DNA of 64,000 nucleotides from an uncultured Spirochaetota bacterium. GTDB taxonomy: Bacteria; Spirochaetota; Spirochaetia; SZUA-6; Fen-1364. Numbering within the stretch: position 1 is the stretch's first letter; each line of letters opens with the position of its first letter. Positions 41,676 to 50,873 of the stretch are shown in pieces. Position numbers and translations under genes: made by a program. The DNA is taken from contig CAVUXE010000015.1 in the NCBI GenBank assembly GCA_963745235.1, positions 32,001 to 96,000 of the forward strand, given 5' to 3'. The notes beneath the pieces were generated by a model. The model was not told where the DNA came from. It did not search any database and saw only the letters and a program-made list of their open reading frames with translations.

Positions 41676-42737
41676 ATGAAAGCTGCCGTTCTGGAAGCCT
41701 TGGAAAAGGTTGTAGTCAAGGATGTCCGCGAACATGAGTGCGGGGAGAATGAGGCGGTGCTCAAAGTCAATGCCTGCGCGGTGTGCGGGTCAGACATCCG
41801 CATCTTCCACTACGGCAATGAAAGGGTGAAGCCGCCCACGGTCATCGGCCACGAGATAGCAGGAGTCGTCGTCCGTGTGGGCAGGCAGGTCACGAATCTC
41901 AAAGAAGGAGACCGCATTGCACTTGGCGCTGATGTCCCCTGCGGGACCTGCTACTGGTGCACGAACGGGATGGGGACCAACTGCCGAATCAACTATGCCA
42001 TCGGCTACCAGTTTCCCGGCGGTTTCCAGGAACAGATGGTGCTCAATGAGACCACGCTCAAGTTCGGCCCGGTCACGCCTGTCCCCGCGGGCGTGAGCTT
42101 CGCGGAAGCCGCCATTGCGGAGCCCCTGGCGTGCGCCGTGAACGGGCTGGAGCTGGCCCAGTTCGGGTTGGGAAAGAGCATCTGCATCATCGGGTTGGGT
42201 CCTATCGGGTGCATGATGCTCGAGCTGTCGAAGGTGTTCGGAGCTTCCCGCGTATTTGCGGCGCAACGCTCGCGGGCGAGGATGGAAATGGCGCGCCAGT
42301 TTCTCCCTGCAGCCCGGTTCATCGCCACCGAGGAAGAAGACCTCGTGGAGGTCGTCATGCGGGAAACCGACGGCGAGGGAGTGGACCTTGCCATCACGAC
42401 AGCCGGGACCGTCCAGGCGCATGCGGATGCAATCCGCATGGTGCGGCATCGGGGCTTCGTGAATCTCTTCGGGGGATTGAAAAACCAGCCGCAGCTCGCC
42501 CTTGACTCCAACCTCATCCACTACAAGGAATGCTTCGTGATGGGAAGCCACGGCTCGCTGCCGCGGCACCATCGTACCGCCGTGCAGCTGATCTCCGCCG
42601 GCACCGTCCAGGCGAAGAAGTACATCTCCCGCGTTTTCCCGCTGGCCGAGACGCGGGAGGCATTCGCGTACCACGAATCGCGCGCCGGATTGAAGGTGGT
42701 GGTTGCGCCCGGCGGTGAAAAGGCGGCGTGGTCATGA
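41676..42737 (+). CDS. Zn-dependent (polyol) dehydrogenase
   Basis: VCGSD, GHEIAG, CGTCYWC..C, EPLAC, GLGPIG; promoter TTGTAA-16-TATAAT at 41626-41653. Confidence 0.9.
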   Translation: MKAAVLEALEKVVVKDVREHECGENEAVLKVNACAVCGSDIRIFHYGNERVKPPTVIGHEIAGVVVRVGRQVTNLKEGDRIALGADVPCGTCYWCTNGMGTNCRINYAIGYQFPGGFQEQMVLNETTLKFGPVTPVPAGVSFAEAAIAEPLACAVNGLELAQFGLGKSICIIGLGPIGCMMLELSKVFGASRVFAAQRSRARMEMARQFLPAARFIATEEEDLVEVVMRETDGEGVDLAITTAGTVQAHADAIRMVRHRGFVNLFGGLKNQPQLALDSNLIHYKECFVMGSHGSLPRHHRTAVQLISAGTVQAKKYISRVFPLAETREAFAYHESRAGLKVVVAPGGEKAAWS

Positions 42738-43396
42738 AGAGGGTGAAGATTTCTCCGTCCCTGATGTGCGCGGATTTCATCTCCCTCGGGGCGGAGCTCG
42801 ACATCATGAGGGCGGGAGGGATCGACTACCTCCACATCGACATCATGGACGGCCGCTACGTGCCGAACTTCACGCTGGGCCCGGACTTCTGCAGGCGGCT
42901 TGCCGCCTACTCCCCCATTCCCCTGGACATCCACCTCATGATCGAGAACCCCGATGCCCACGTTCAGAAGTTCGCGCAGTTCCCCGGCGTCATCGTGTCC
43001 TTTCACCCGGAGACCTCACGCCACCCGCTGCGCACCATCGACCTCATCAGGAGCTTCGGAGCGCGGGCGGGGATAGCGGTGGACCCATCCATGCCGGCCT
43101 CCGCGGTGGCGGAGATGCTGCCGCACGTGAGCCTGGTGTGCGTCATGACAGTCAACCCGGGGTATGCCGGCCAGAAGCTCATACCGGAGACCCTCGGCAA
43201 GATCCGCCAGATTGCCGACATGGCGGCAGCCTTCGACCATCACATCGAAGTCGAGGTGGACGGAAACGTGAGCTGGGAGAACATCCCGCGCATGATCCAG
43301 GCAGGAGGAGAGGTCCTGGTGGCGGGGACCTCCTCGCTGTACGACGGAAAGGCCGGCCTGGCGCAGAACCTCGAGCGCATGCGCTCGCTGGGGTGA
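42734..43396 (+). CDS. Ribulose-phosphate 3-epimerase family (AlsE-like)
   Basis: SPSLMCAD, HIDIMDG.YVPN, DIHLM, MTVNPGYAGQ, EVDG. Confidence 0.9.
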   Translation: MKRVKISPSLMCADFISLGAELDIMRAGGIDYLHIDIMDGRYVPNFTLGPDFCRRLAAYSPIPLDIHLMIENPDAHVQKFAQFPGVIVSFHPETSRHPLRTIDLIRSFGARAGIAVDPSMPASAVAEMLPHVSLVCVMTVNPGYAGQKLIPETLGKIRQIADMAAAFDHHIEVEVDGNVSWENIPRMIQAGGEVLVAGTSSLYDGKAGLAQNLERMRSLG

Positions 43397-43843
43397 GTGA
43401 TGCTCTCCGCGGAGCGCCACGAGCCGATCCTGCGCCTCCTGCGCCGCGGCCGGTTCGCCACGGTAGCTGACATCTCCCAGGCCGCGAGATCTTTGGCCGC
43501 GACCATTCGACGGGACCTTGCGCGGCTGGAGCAGGCAGGGCTCATTCAACGGATCAGGGGAGGCGCGGAGATCGTCGTCGAGCCGGGCGAAGGCGGACCG
43601 GGGAAAGACGAGCTCCCGGGGGCGACCGACAATGACGCGCTCCTGATCAGGACCGAACGGGCAATGATCGACCGGGCGCGGGATCTCGTCGTCCTGGCGG
43701 ACTCCACCAAGTTCGACAGGCGCGGGAGCCTTTTCCTCTGCGGGTTTGACAGGATCCACTCCATCATCACGGATGACGGGATCAGCGAAGGCCACAAGGA
43801 GATGGTAGCATCGCGCGCAATACGCCTGCGTATCGCGAGCTAG
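43397..43843 (+). pseudogene. DeoR/GlpR regulator with internal deletion
   Basis: HTH (TIRRDL...RGGA) joined almost directly to the C-terminal LADSTKF...IITD; 148 aa versus about 250 typical. Confidence 0.7.
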
Positions 43844-44268
43844 AGCCTTTCCACGATGACGGATTGCGCGGCGCCGTGCGTGCCCCGTTTGCCCCTGGTG
43901 ACTGCCGACAGCACGCCGAAAGAGCCGAGGAAAAAGACCACAGCCGCGCCGGCGCCGAGGGGCTGGGTGGCGCCCGGGATGCGCAGCAAGGCGGCAATCA
44001 AGGCCCCGGCTCCGTAGCCGCCAAAGAGAAAGGAGAGGGGCACAAGAAAGAGCAGGAGCGCCGCCGCAAGCGGAGTAGTCGCGCCCGAAGTTTCGATGCG
44101 AACCCTGTCTCCCGGGGAGACTCCCAGGTGATCCATGGCGCGGGCCACCATGTGCTCCCCGTCCTCCGAGAGAGTGCACAGCGTGCAGCCCTGGCATGCT
44201 TCGGACCGGTCAATCCGCACGCGCGCCATGCCTCCGGCGCAGTCCAGGACAGTCCCTCTTTCTTCCAT
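43840..44268 (-). CDS. RseC/MucC family protein
   Basis: E.G.V, AC..C..C, GDRV.I, then two TM helices. Confidence 0.85.
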   Translation of the reverse strand: MEERGTVLDCAGGMARVRIDRSEACQGCTLCTLSEDGEHMVARAMDHLGVSPGDRVRIETSGATTPLAAALLLFLVPLSFLFGGYGAGALIAALLRIPGATQPLGAGAAVVFFLGSFGVLSAVTRGKRGTHGAAQSVIVERL

Positions 44269-44790
44269 TCAGATCCTGGTCTCGTTCACCTTCGAATCCA
44301 GCATGGTGTCTCCGTCGAACACGAAAAAGCCGCAAAAGCCCTTCCCCTGGAGAAGCAGCGGCAGCCACAACGAGTCGTCGGCCCACATGCGGTCGTAGGG
44401 GATCCGGTCAAGCGGCGTCCAGATGGGCGCGGCTTCACGGGTCTCGCAGAGCTGCCCTTCGAAGCCGGACGCGGTGAATACGCTCCCGTGGAGGGAGTAG
44501 CCGTCGATGAACTGGAAGTACAACTCGCCCGCCGGGCGAACTCCGGTGGGCGTCACGCACAGCTCTTCCTGCACCTCGCGAACGGCCCCTTCGGCGGCGG
44601 TCTCACCAGACTCGATCCGGCCGCCCGGCCCGTTGATCTTCCCCGCGCCGAGCCCCGTCTTCTTGTTGATCAGGAGGATGTGTTTGTTCTGCAGGACAAA
44701 CAGCAACGTGGCCCGTTCCGTCGGGTTCCACTGTTGCCAATCGATCTCGCTCACCAGCCGCGGGACGCGACTTTCGGATTCCAGGCTCAT
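44269..44790 (-). CDS. NUDIX hydrolase (8-oxo-dGTPase/MTH1-like)
   Basis: GGRIESGETAAEGAVREVQEE Nudix box; G.GK.NG and IPYDRMWADD motifs. Confidence 0.92.
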   Translation of the reverse strand: MSLESESRVPRLVSEIDWQQWNPTERATLLFVLQNKHILLINKKTGLGAGKINGPGGRIESGETAAEGAVREVQEELCVTPTGVRPAGELYFQFIDGYSLHGSVFTASGFEGQLCETREAAPIWTPLDRIPYDRMWADDSLWLPLLLQGKGFCGFFVFDGDTMLDSKVNETRI

Positions 44791-44854
44791 CGCGCAAAGG
44801 TACAACGCACGGGAAGCATGAGCAATACGGCGATTTTTTGCCGAGCATTTTTTC

Positions 44855-44883
44855 TTGCATTCCCGAAACGACGGAAGTATAAT
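44855..44883 (+). promoter_or_regulatory. Sigma70 promoter
   Basis: TTGCAT-17-TATAAT. Confidence 0.7.
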
Positions 44884-44889
44884 GCCCTC

Positions 44890-45000
44890 GATGAATCCCA
44901 TTCATCACTGAAGGGGATTGTGAGAAGCAGGGACCTCCCGACGGAGGATGATGGGCTCTCAAAGAGAGTCAGCCTGACAAGAGCCTCTCACATCCCCTTC
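44890..45000 (+). ncRNA. Candidate structured leader RNA, family unknown
   Basis: 5' hairpin GATGAAT-CCC-ATTCATC at the predicted TSS; 15-bp stem 44910-44925/44986-45000 enclosing further hairpins. Confidence 0.35.
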
Positions 45001-45047
45001 CACTTCTGCGGAATCGTGACTGTCGCAAACCGAAGCATGACAACTCC

Positions 45048-45372
45048 ATGACCGTGAAGGAGATCCAGACCAGGTCCATTCTTCGCCGGTTTCGAAGGAT
45101 AGACTCGTGGTTAATTGCGAAGGCCGGCATGACCCTCTATCGAGGGCGTTGCGCATATTGTGACGGCCGCGCGGAAAAGCGATGAAAACCAACGCCGTTG
45201 ACGTCCTGCGCCGCGAGCTGCGCCCCTACGCCCGGCACGCACCCCGAGTGTTTCGTCCCCCCTGGACCCGGACCTCGTGGCCGGGCCGGCCGCCGCGCAC
45301 GTGAGGGAGATACTCAGCACGGGGACCTGCGGCCGTTACGAGAGCCTCATGCTGTCCCCTGCGGCTACTTGA
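45048..45372 (+). pseudogene. Remnant of an SPL/Rv2578c-family radical SAM gene
   Basis: Manual translation: MTVKEIQTRSILRRFRRIDSWLIAKAGMTLYRG-RCAYCDGRAEK (first Cys of CxxxCxxC lost), then KTNAVDVLRREL and REILSTGTCGRYESL in shifted frames. Confidence 0.6.
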
Positions 45373-45850
45373 AACCTGCTCCAATGGCCCTGAGGATCCC
45401 CGGTACGCTGCTGGGCGCGAAAATGCGCAGGCCAAGAAGGGCCTGGATAACCGCGCAGCTCGCCGCCGCCAGGAGGAACAGGCTTCGAAGCAGGGTATCT
45501 CTGAAGCCGCGATAGACGAGCTTCGAAAGAAAGAAAGACGCGGCGCCCGCTGCGCACGCGGCAGCACCCAGCGCCAGAAGCCGCCATGCCGAGGGCGCTC
45601 CCCACCGGTGGTACGCCTGCCAGCCCGTGACCAGCGCCACCAGAGCGGAGACGCCGACAGCAAATCCGGTCCTGACACCCTGGGCTCCGCGTGCCGCGCT
45701 CATGAGAATTGCCAGCACAACCAGGAGGTCGACGGACGGAGCCAGGAGCGATGCAAGGGGAGAAATTGCGGACAGGCCCGGGAGGTTGATGAGGATATCG
45801 AAAAGAACCATGCCGCCCAGGAGGGCGGGCACAAGGCGCGCTCCGTCCAC
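45365..45850 (-). CDS. Hypothetical membrane protein
   Basis: About five hydrophobic segments; 7 bp downstream of the GNAT gene on the same strand. Confidence 0.7.
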   Translation of the reverse strand: MDGARLVPALLGGMVLFDILINLPGLSAISPLASLLAPSVDLLVVLAILMSAARGAQGVRTGFAVGVSALVALVTGWQAYHRWGAPSAWRLLALGAAACAAGAASFFLSKLVYRGFRDTLLRSLFLLAAASCAVIQALLGLRIFAPSSVPGILRAIGAGFK

Positions 45851-45857
45851 GCGCTCC

Positions 45858-46346
45858 TCAGATCACCTTGAGATAGATGACCTTGGCGTCCCCGGGCGCG
45901 TAGAAGTCTTCCAGCACGGCAACGGAGGTGTAGCCGCGCGCCAGGTAGAAGCCGCGGGTGGGCTCGTAGAGAGGCCGCATGGAGGTCTCGATGTAGACGC
46001 GATTCCCGCCCAGCGCTGTGATGGCCCGCTCGCTCGCCTCCAGGAGCCGGGTGCCCATGCCCTTCCCGCGATAGTCTCCCGCGACCACGATCCAGTACAG
46101 GTCATAGCTCGTGCGGGTGCAGGCGATGGGACCGTAGCTCGTGTACCCGACAGTCCGTCCCTCCTCTTCGGCGAACAGGAAGTGGTAGCCGCAGCGCGGC
46201 CCTTTGATCAGCCTGTCCTCGATGAGCTCGACTGCGGTTTCGACCTCTTCCGGATAGAAAAAACCCGTAGACTCCGTGATTGAGCGGATCCTTTCCACGT
46301 CTGCTTTTTCCACGGTGCTGCGGATGGTGATCACCTGGGTGCCCAT
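45858..46346 (-). CDS. GNAT family N-acetyltransferase
   Basis: LYWIVV..DYRGKGMG acetyl-CoA motif; FY..RGY. Confidence 0.92.
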   Translation of the reverse strand: MGTQVITIRSTVEKADVERIRSITESTGFFYPEEVETAVELIEDRLIKGPRCGYHFLFAEEEGRTVGYTSYGPIACTRTSYDLYWIVVAGDYRGKGMGTRLLEASERAITALGGNRVYIETSMRPLYEPTRGFYLARGYTSVAVLEDFYAPGDAKVIYLKVI

Positions 46347-47359
46347 GTCTCTGGCTCCTTCTGCATTGCAGTATCAGCTATGATTCGTCGAACAACGTCG
46401 TTCCGTGACAGCCCCGCGCGACCGGCCGCGGCCATGAAACCGGCATCCGGTGAGAGGCAGGGGTTGGTGTTGATTTCAAGTACCCATGGCTTGCCCTCCG
46501 CGTCGACGCGGAAATCCACCCGGGCGTACCCGCGCAGGCCGAAGATCTCCCAGCACGCGAGGCTCAGGCGCTTCAGCGTGGCCAGGAGGGCAGCGTCATC
46601 CGGGGGGAAATCAAAAGAGCGCGGCGTGCTTCCGTATTCGAAAGAGCCCTCGTCCCACTTCGCGCGATAACCGACGAACATCGGCTTGCCCCGCGGGTAG
46701 CCGACGAACCGGATCTCGGCCGGGGGAAGGCCTTGGGGAAGGTCGCTGTCCTCCTGCCCGCCCAGCAGCGCGAGGTTGAACTCCCTGCCCTCCACGTAGC
46801 GCTCGACGAAGAGATGACCCTGGCGCTCCCGGGCTGACCGGCGTCGTATCTCCGCTTCCAGCTCCGCCCGGGAGAAGGCCACCGCGCTGTCCTCCATGCC
46901 GATGGACGCGTGCTCCCAGACTGACTTCACGATGAAAGGCGGCGCAAAGGACGGCCCCGCTCGCAGCGCCGCGCTGGCGGATATCCACGGCGGCGTGTCG
47001 ATGTCACCCGCAGCCAGCATCCTCTTGGCAAGAAGCTTGTGGGAAGTGAGGAGGATAGCCTCCGTGGGAGCGCCGGTATACGGGATCCCCAGGCTGTCGA
47101 GCAGGCTGGGAGCCAGGTGGATCAGGCTGCCCTTCCCGTCGATGGTCTCAGCAAGGTTGAAAACGAGCGACGGCTGCAGGGAGCGCAGCCTTTCAGACGC
47201 CGTGTCGAGGTCCAGCGTCAGCTGCACGTCTTCCGTCGCGTAGCCCAGCGTGTGGAGGGCGCTGCGGACCGTCTCCACCTGGACAAGGATATCTTTCTCG
47301 TCTTCCGGTGCGTCCGCCTCGACCTGCCCATACAGGAGAGCTATGGTTCGTTGGCCCAT
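46331..47359 (-). CDS. D-Ala-D-Ala-ligase-like ATP-grasp enzyme
   Basis: VFNLAE, GIPYTG, VERYVEGREF, GYARVDFR, LEINTNP; lacks the canonical Ddl GG.S.EH N-terminus. Confidence 0.88.
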   Translation of the reverse strand: MGQRTIALLYGQVEADAPEDEKDILVQVETVRSALHTLGYATEDVQLTLDLDTASERLRSLQPSLVFNLAETIDGKGSLIHLAPSLLDSLGIPYTGAPTEAILLTSHKLLAKRMLAAGDIDTPPWISASAALRAGPSFAPPFIVKSVWEHASIGMEDSAVAFSRAELEAEIRRRSARERQGHLFVERYVEGREFNLALLGGQEDSDLPQGLPPAEIRFVGYPRGKPMFVGYRAKWDEGSFEYGSTPRSFDFPPDDAALLATLKRLSLACWEIFGLRGYARVDFRVDAEGKPWVLEINTNPCLSPDAGFMAAAGRAGLSRNDVVRRIIADTAMQKEPETWAPR

Positions 47360-47410
47360 GAAAAGCTCTGCGTGCGCCGCGCCGTCGAGACGGCGCGGCG
47401 CGTTGTCTCC

Positions 47411-48718
47411 TTATCCACGAGACCCTTGCGGATCAGGATAGCGGAAATAGAGGTCCTGGTAGTTCTTCAGGACGAGGTCGTCACCGTCCCAGCCCACCGT
47501 GTAGTCCGGGAAGGAGAGGTATCTTCCCTCCCCCTGGGGAGCGTCGATCACGTAGGTCGGCACGGCGTAGCCCGAGGTGTGGCCTCGCAGGCCCTGGATG
47601 ATCTCCAGGCCCTTGCGAACCGGCGTCCGGAAGTGGGCCGACCCGACGATGGGGTCGCACTGGTAGAGGTAGTACGGCTTCACGCGCGCCTTCAGCAGGC
47701 CGTGCATCAGCCGCTTCATCGTCTCCACGGTATCGTTGATGCCCGAAAGCAGCACGGTCTGGCTCCCCAGGGGGATGCCGGCATCCGCAAGGCGCGCGCA
47801 CGCTTCTCGCGTTTCCTCGGTCAGCTCGTCCGGATGCGTGAAATGGATGCTCATCCAGAGCGGGTGGTAGCGCTTCAGCATCCGGGTGAGTGCAGAGCTG
47901 ATCCGCTGGGGCATCACGACGGGCGCCTTGGTGCCGATGCGCAGGAACTCCACGTGGGGGATTCGGCGCAGCCGGCGACAGGAGCCAGTCCAGCTTCTCA
48001 TCCGAGAGGGTCAGGGGGTCTCCGCCGGAGAGCAGGACGTCCCGCACCTCACGCATGCGCCTCGATGTAGGCGATGGCCTGCTCCCACTGGGCCTGGAAG
48101 AAGATGCTGTTGGTGTCCGGGTTCTCCACCATGCGCGAGCGCGTGCAGTAGCGGCAGTTGGACGCGCAGGAGTTGGCCACCAGGAACAGCACCCTGTCGG
48201 GGTAGCGGTGCACGATGCAGGGCACGGGGCTGTCCTTGTCCTCCCCCAGCGGGTCCTCCGCCTCTCCCGGGCGTGCGCAGGTATTCGTCCGTGACCGGGA
48301 ATCATGGTGCGCCGCAAGGGCTGGTTCGGGGTCATCCGGGTCCATCAGGCTGAGGTAGTACGGCGTGATGGCGAAGGGGAGAGACCCGTGTGCCGGCGCG
48401 ATTGCCGTCCGCTCGTCCTCCGTGAGCCGGACGATCTTCTCCAGCTCCTCGAGCGAGCGCACGCGGTTTCGCAGCTGCCAGCGCCAGTCGCACCATTCCG
48501 CGGCGGTGGCAAAGCGGGAAGAGCCGCGCGCGGAACTCCTCTGAGCGGCGGGAAACGGGAAACTTCGGCGATGGGTGAGGCGATTTCTTGATGGAGCGGG
48601 AATAGGACGTGAACGGCGGGATCGTAGTCCGGATGCCGGCAAGCTCGGCAAGCTCCTGGACTACGGGCATGGTACCTGGAGGTTCTGCCTCCTCAGTGCT
48701 GAGCACTTTGGTTTCCAT
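47411..48718 (-). CDS. KamA-family radical SAM aminomutase (multiple frameshifts)
   Basis: DWRWQLRN, ITPYY, DPLGE..SPVP..VHRYPDRVL, CASNCRYCTR, LLSGGDPL, HFTHP.E, PYYLYQCD and PGGGKIP PLP lysine, spread over frames. Confidence 0.88.
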
Positions 48719-48860
48719 TTCTGTCAGAACTCCTTCATCATGTCATGCTGGAAAGGGTCTGCAGTCCCCCCTCCCCACAGTGTCGTTAGGCCAATGCATA
48801 CTACATCAAAAAAAGAATGCAAGAGTTCATAAACTTTTTTCCTTCTGATACACTGCCCGG

Positions 48861-50246
48861 GTGCCAGAGGACAAGGCCATACTCGTCGGAGTCGAGCTGA
48901 AGGGACGCAAAGGGGCGTGGACCATCCAGGATTCCCTGGACGAGCTCTCTCAGCTTGCGCGGACCGCCGGCCTGGCCGTGGTCGGGCGGACCTGGCAGAA
49001 GCTTGCCAGGCGTGATCCCTCGACATGGATCGGATCCGGCAAAGTGGAAGAGGTCGCGGCTCTCATGGCCGCGGAGGACGCCCGGTACGTCCTCTTCGAT
49101 GACGAGCTCTCCCCCGGGCAGCAGAGAAACCTGGAGGAGGCGCTGGGAGAGAACGCGCAGGTCATCGACCGCACGCGGCTCATCCTGGACATTTTCAGCC
49201 TCAACGCCCGCTCCCGGGAGGGGAAGATCCAGGTGGAGCTTGCCCAGTATCAGTACCTGCTGCCCCGGCTGGCCGGCATGCGCGGCGCCCTGGCACAGCA
49301 GGTCGGCGGCTCGGGGGCGGGCCCCGTGGGCTTGCGCGGTCCCGGCGAGACTCAGCTGGAGATGGACAGGCGGCAGGCCCGGCGGCGGATCACGGCGCTC
49401 CGTCGAGCGCTGGAGGAGGTCCGGACCCAGAGGCATCAGCACCGCAGGCAGCGGCTGCGAGCCGGCCTTCCTGTCATCGCCCTCGTGGGGTACACGAACG
49501 CGGGGAAAAGCTCGCTCCTGAACGCGCTGACCGGGGCCGGGGTCCTGGTCCAGGACAGGCTTTTCGCCACGCTGGACCCGACCACCCGCCGCCTGATGCT
49601 TCCGGAGGGCCGGGAGGCTCTCCTCACCGACACGGTCGGATTCATCCGCAAGCTTCCCCACGAGCTGGTTGCCGCTTTCCGCGCGACCCTGGAGGGCATC
49701 GAGGAGGCGTCCCTGATCCTGCATGTCGTGGACGGCTCTCATCCCCATGCCTCCGAGCAGGTCTCCGCGGTGCAGGCCGTGCTCGCCTCCCTGCACGTCG
49801 CCCACACGCCGCTTCTCATGATCTGGAACAAGATGGACCTGCTGCCGGACAGGAGCCTGCCCCAGCCTCACGGGACGGCCCACCAGGGCTCCCTGGCCAT
49901 AAGCGCAAAAACGGGTGAGAACATCCCGTCCCTTCTCCGGGAGGTAGAGCGCGTCCTGGCAGAAGGGCTGTCCGAGGTGCGCCTCCTCATCCCGTATGAC
50001 CGCTACGACCTCGTCACCCTTGTCTACGAGCAGGGAACGGTGAAGAAGAAGGAAGATGCGGCAGGAGGAGTGCGCCTCAGCGCCGCCGTGCCGCGGGAGC
50101 TCGGGGAAAAGCTCGCCCCCTTCTCAGAAAAAAAGCATCACGGAAGAGCCAAGAGTCAGGACCTGCATCGCGATGCTGAAGGCCTTCTGGGGCAGTCTTC
50201 GGGCGGCGATGATCCCGACGACGGTTCCGGCAAGGACGGCACCTGA
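48861..50246 (+). CDS. hflX: Ribosome-splitting GTPase HflX
   Basis: IGSGK, RGPGETQLE.DRR, GYTNAGKS, LFATLDPT, DTVGFI, NKMD. Confidence 0.96.
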   Translation: MPEDKAILVGVELKGRKGAWTIQDSLDELSQLARTAGLAVVGRTWQKLARRDPSTWIGSGKVEEVAALMAAEDARYVLFDDELSPGQQRNLEEALGENAQVIDRTRLILDIFSLNARSREGKIQVELAQYQYLLPRLAGMRGALAQQVGGSGAGPVGLRGPGETQLEMDRRQARRRITALRRALEEVRTQRHQHRRQRLRAGLPVIALVGYTNAGKSSLLNALTGAGVLVQDRLFATLDPTTRRLMLPEGREALLTDTVGFIRKLPHELVAAFRATLEGIEEASLILHVVDGSHPHASEQVSAVQAVLASLHVAHTPLLMIWNKMDLLPDRSLPQPHGTAHQGSLAISAKTGENIPSLLREVERVLAEGLSEVRLLIPYDRYDLVTLVYEQGTVKKKEDAAGGVRLSAAVPRELGEKLAPFSEKKHHGRAKSQDLHRDAEGLLGQSSGGDDPDDGSGKDGT

Positions 50247-50873
50247 GAGAACGGCGTCGAACACGAGGGTCTGGGCGGTGATCAGCCCGAGGCTGACGCT
50301 GAAGGGCACCTTCACCAGGTTGACGGCGGCAAAGAACCAGGCTCCGGTCCCCAGGAACTCATCCTTGGGGAGGCGCATGGCCAGCAGGTACAGCATCATG
50401 ACCGGTCCGGCCGCATTCGCCAGCATGGTCGTGGCGCCGGCGAGCATCCCCATCAGCGCGGCAAACCACCAGGCGTTCGGAACTTCCGCGCGCCCGCGTG
50501 TTGCCAGGTCGCGCCACGCGCCGATGCCGAGCATGACGATGACCACCGCCCCGATCACGGGCCGCAATTGCCGGTCCTGGATCTTGCCCAGGGCGAAGAA
50601 GCCCACGACGATGCCGGCCACGGCCCAGGGAAAGAGCCGCAGGAGATGGCGCCAGACAGCGTGCCGGCGATACCAGGTGACCGCCACAACGTCCCCGACA
50701 ATCAGGAGGGGCAGGATCGCGCCGGTGGAGAGGCGCGCGGGCAGCACGAGGGCGAAGAGCGGCACAAAGATCGTGCTGAGGCCCGGTATTCCCGTCTTGC
50801 TGAGCCCGGCCGTGAAGGCGCTGATGGACGCAAGCGTCCACGCGCCGGGCGCGAGGGCATAGACGCCCGTCAC
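50124..50873 (-). CDS. Sulfite exporter TauE/SafE family protein
   Basis: GLSKTGIPG, PLLIVGD and ANAAGP motifs; about 8 TM segments. Confidence 0.85.
   Translation of the reverse strand: MTGVYALAPGAWTLASISAFTAGLSKTGIPGLSTIFVPLFALVLPARLSTGAILPLLIVGDVVAVTWYRRHAVWRHLLRLFPWAVAGIVVGFFALGKIQDRQLRPVIGAVVIVMLGIGAWRDLATRGRAEVPNAWWFAALMGMLAGATTMLANAAGPVMMLYLLAMRLPKDEFLGTGAWFFAAVNLVKVPFSVSLGLITAQTLVFDAVLSGAVLAGTVVGIIAARRLPQKAFSIAMQVLTLGSSVMLFF

Noticed and set aside
44881-45150. AATGCCCTCGAT/ATCGAGGGCGTT inverted repeat as MITE ends or a 6S-like closing stem
   Set aside because: The right arm is the YRG codons of the radical SAM remnant, the left overlaps the -10 box, and there is no target duplication.
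46331-47359. Housekeeping ddl or vancomycin-resistance ligase
   Set aside because: Lacks the canonical Ddl N-terminal motif and has no mur or van context.
47411-48718. EpmB (EF-P modification) assignment
   Set aside because: No efp or epmA nearby, and the gene is longer than typical EpmB.
50124-50246. 123-bp convergent overlap of hflX and tauE as a special feature
   Set aside because: The HflX tail looks like a non-conserved run-on; such overlaps are common at high GC.
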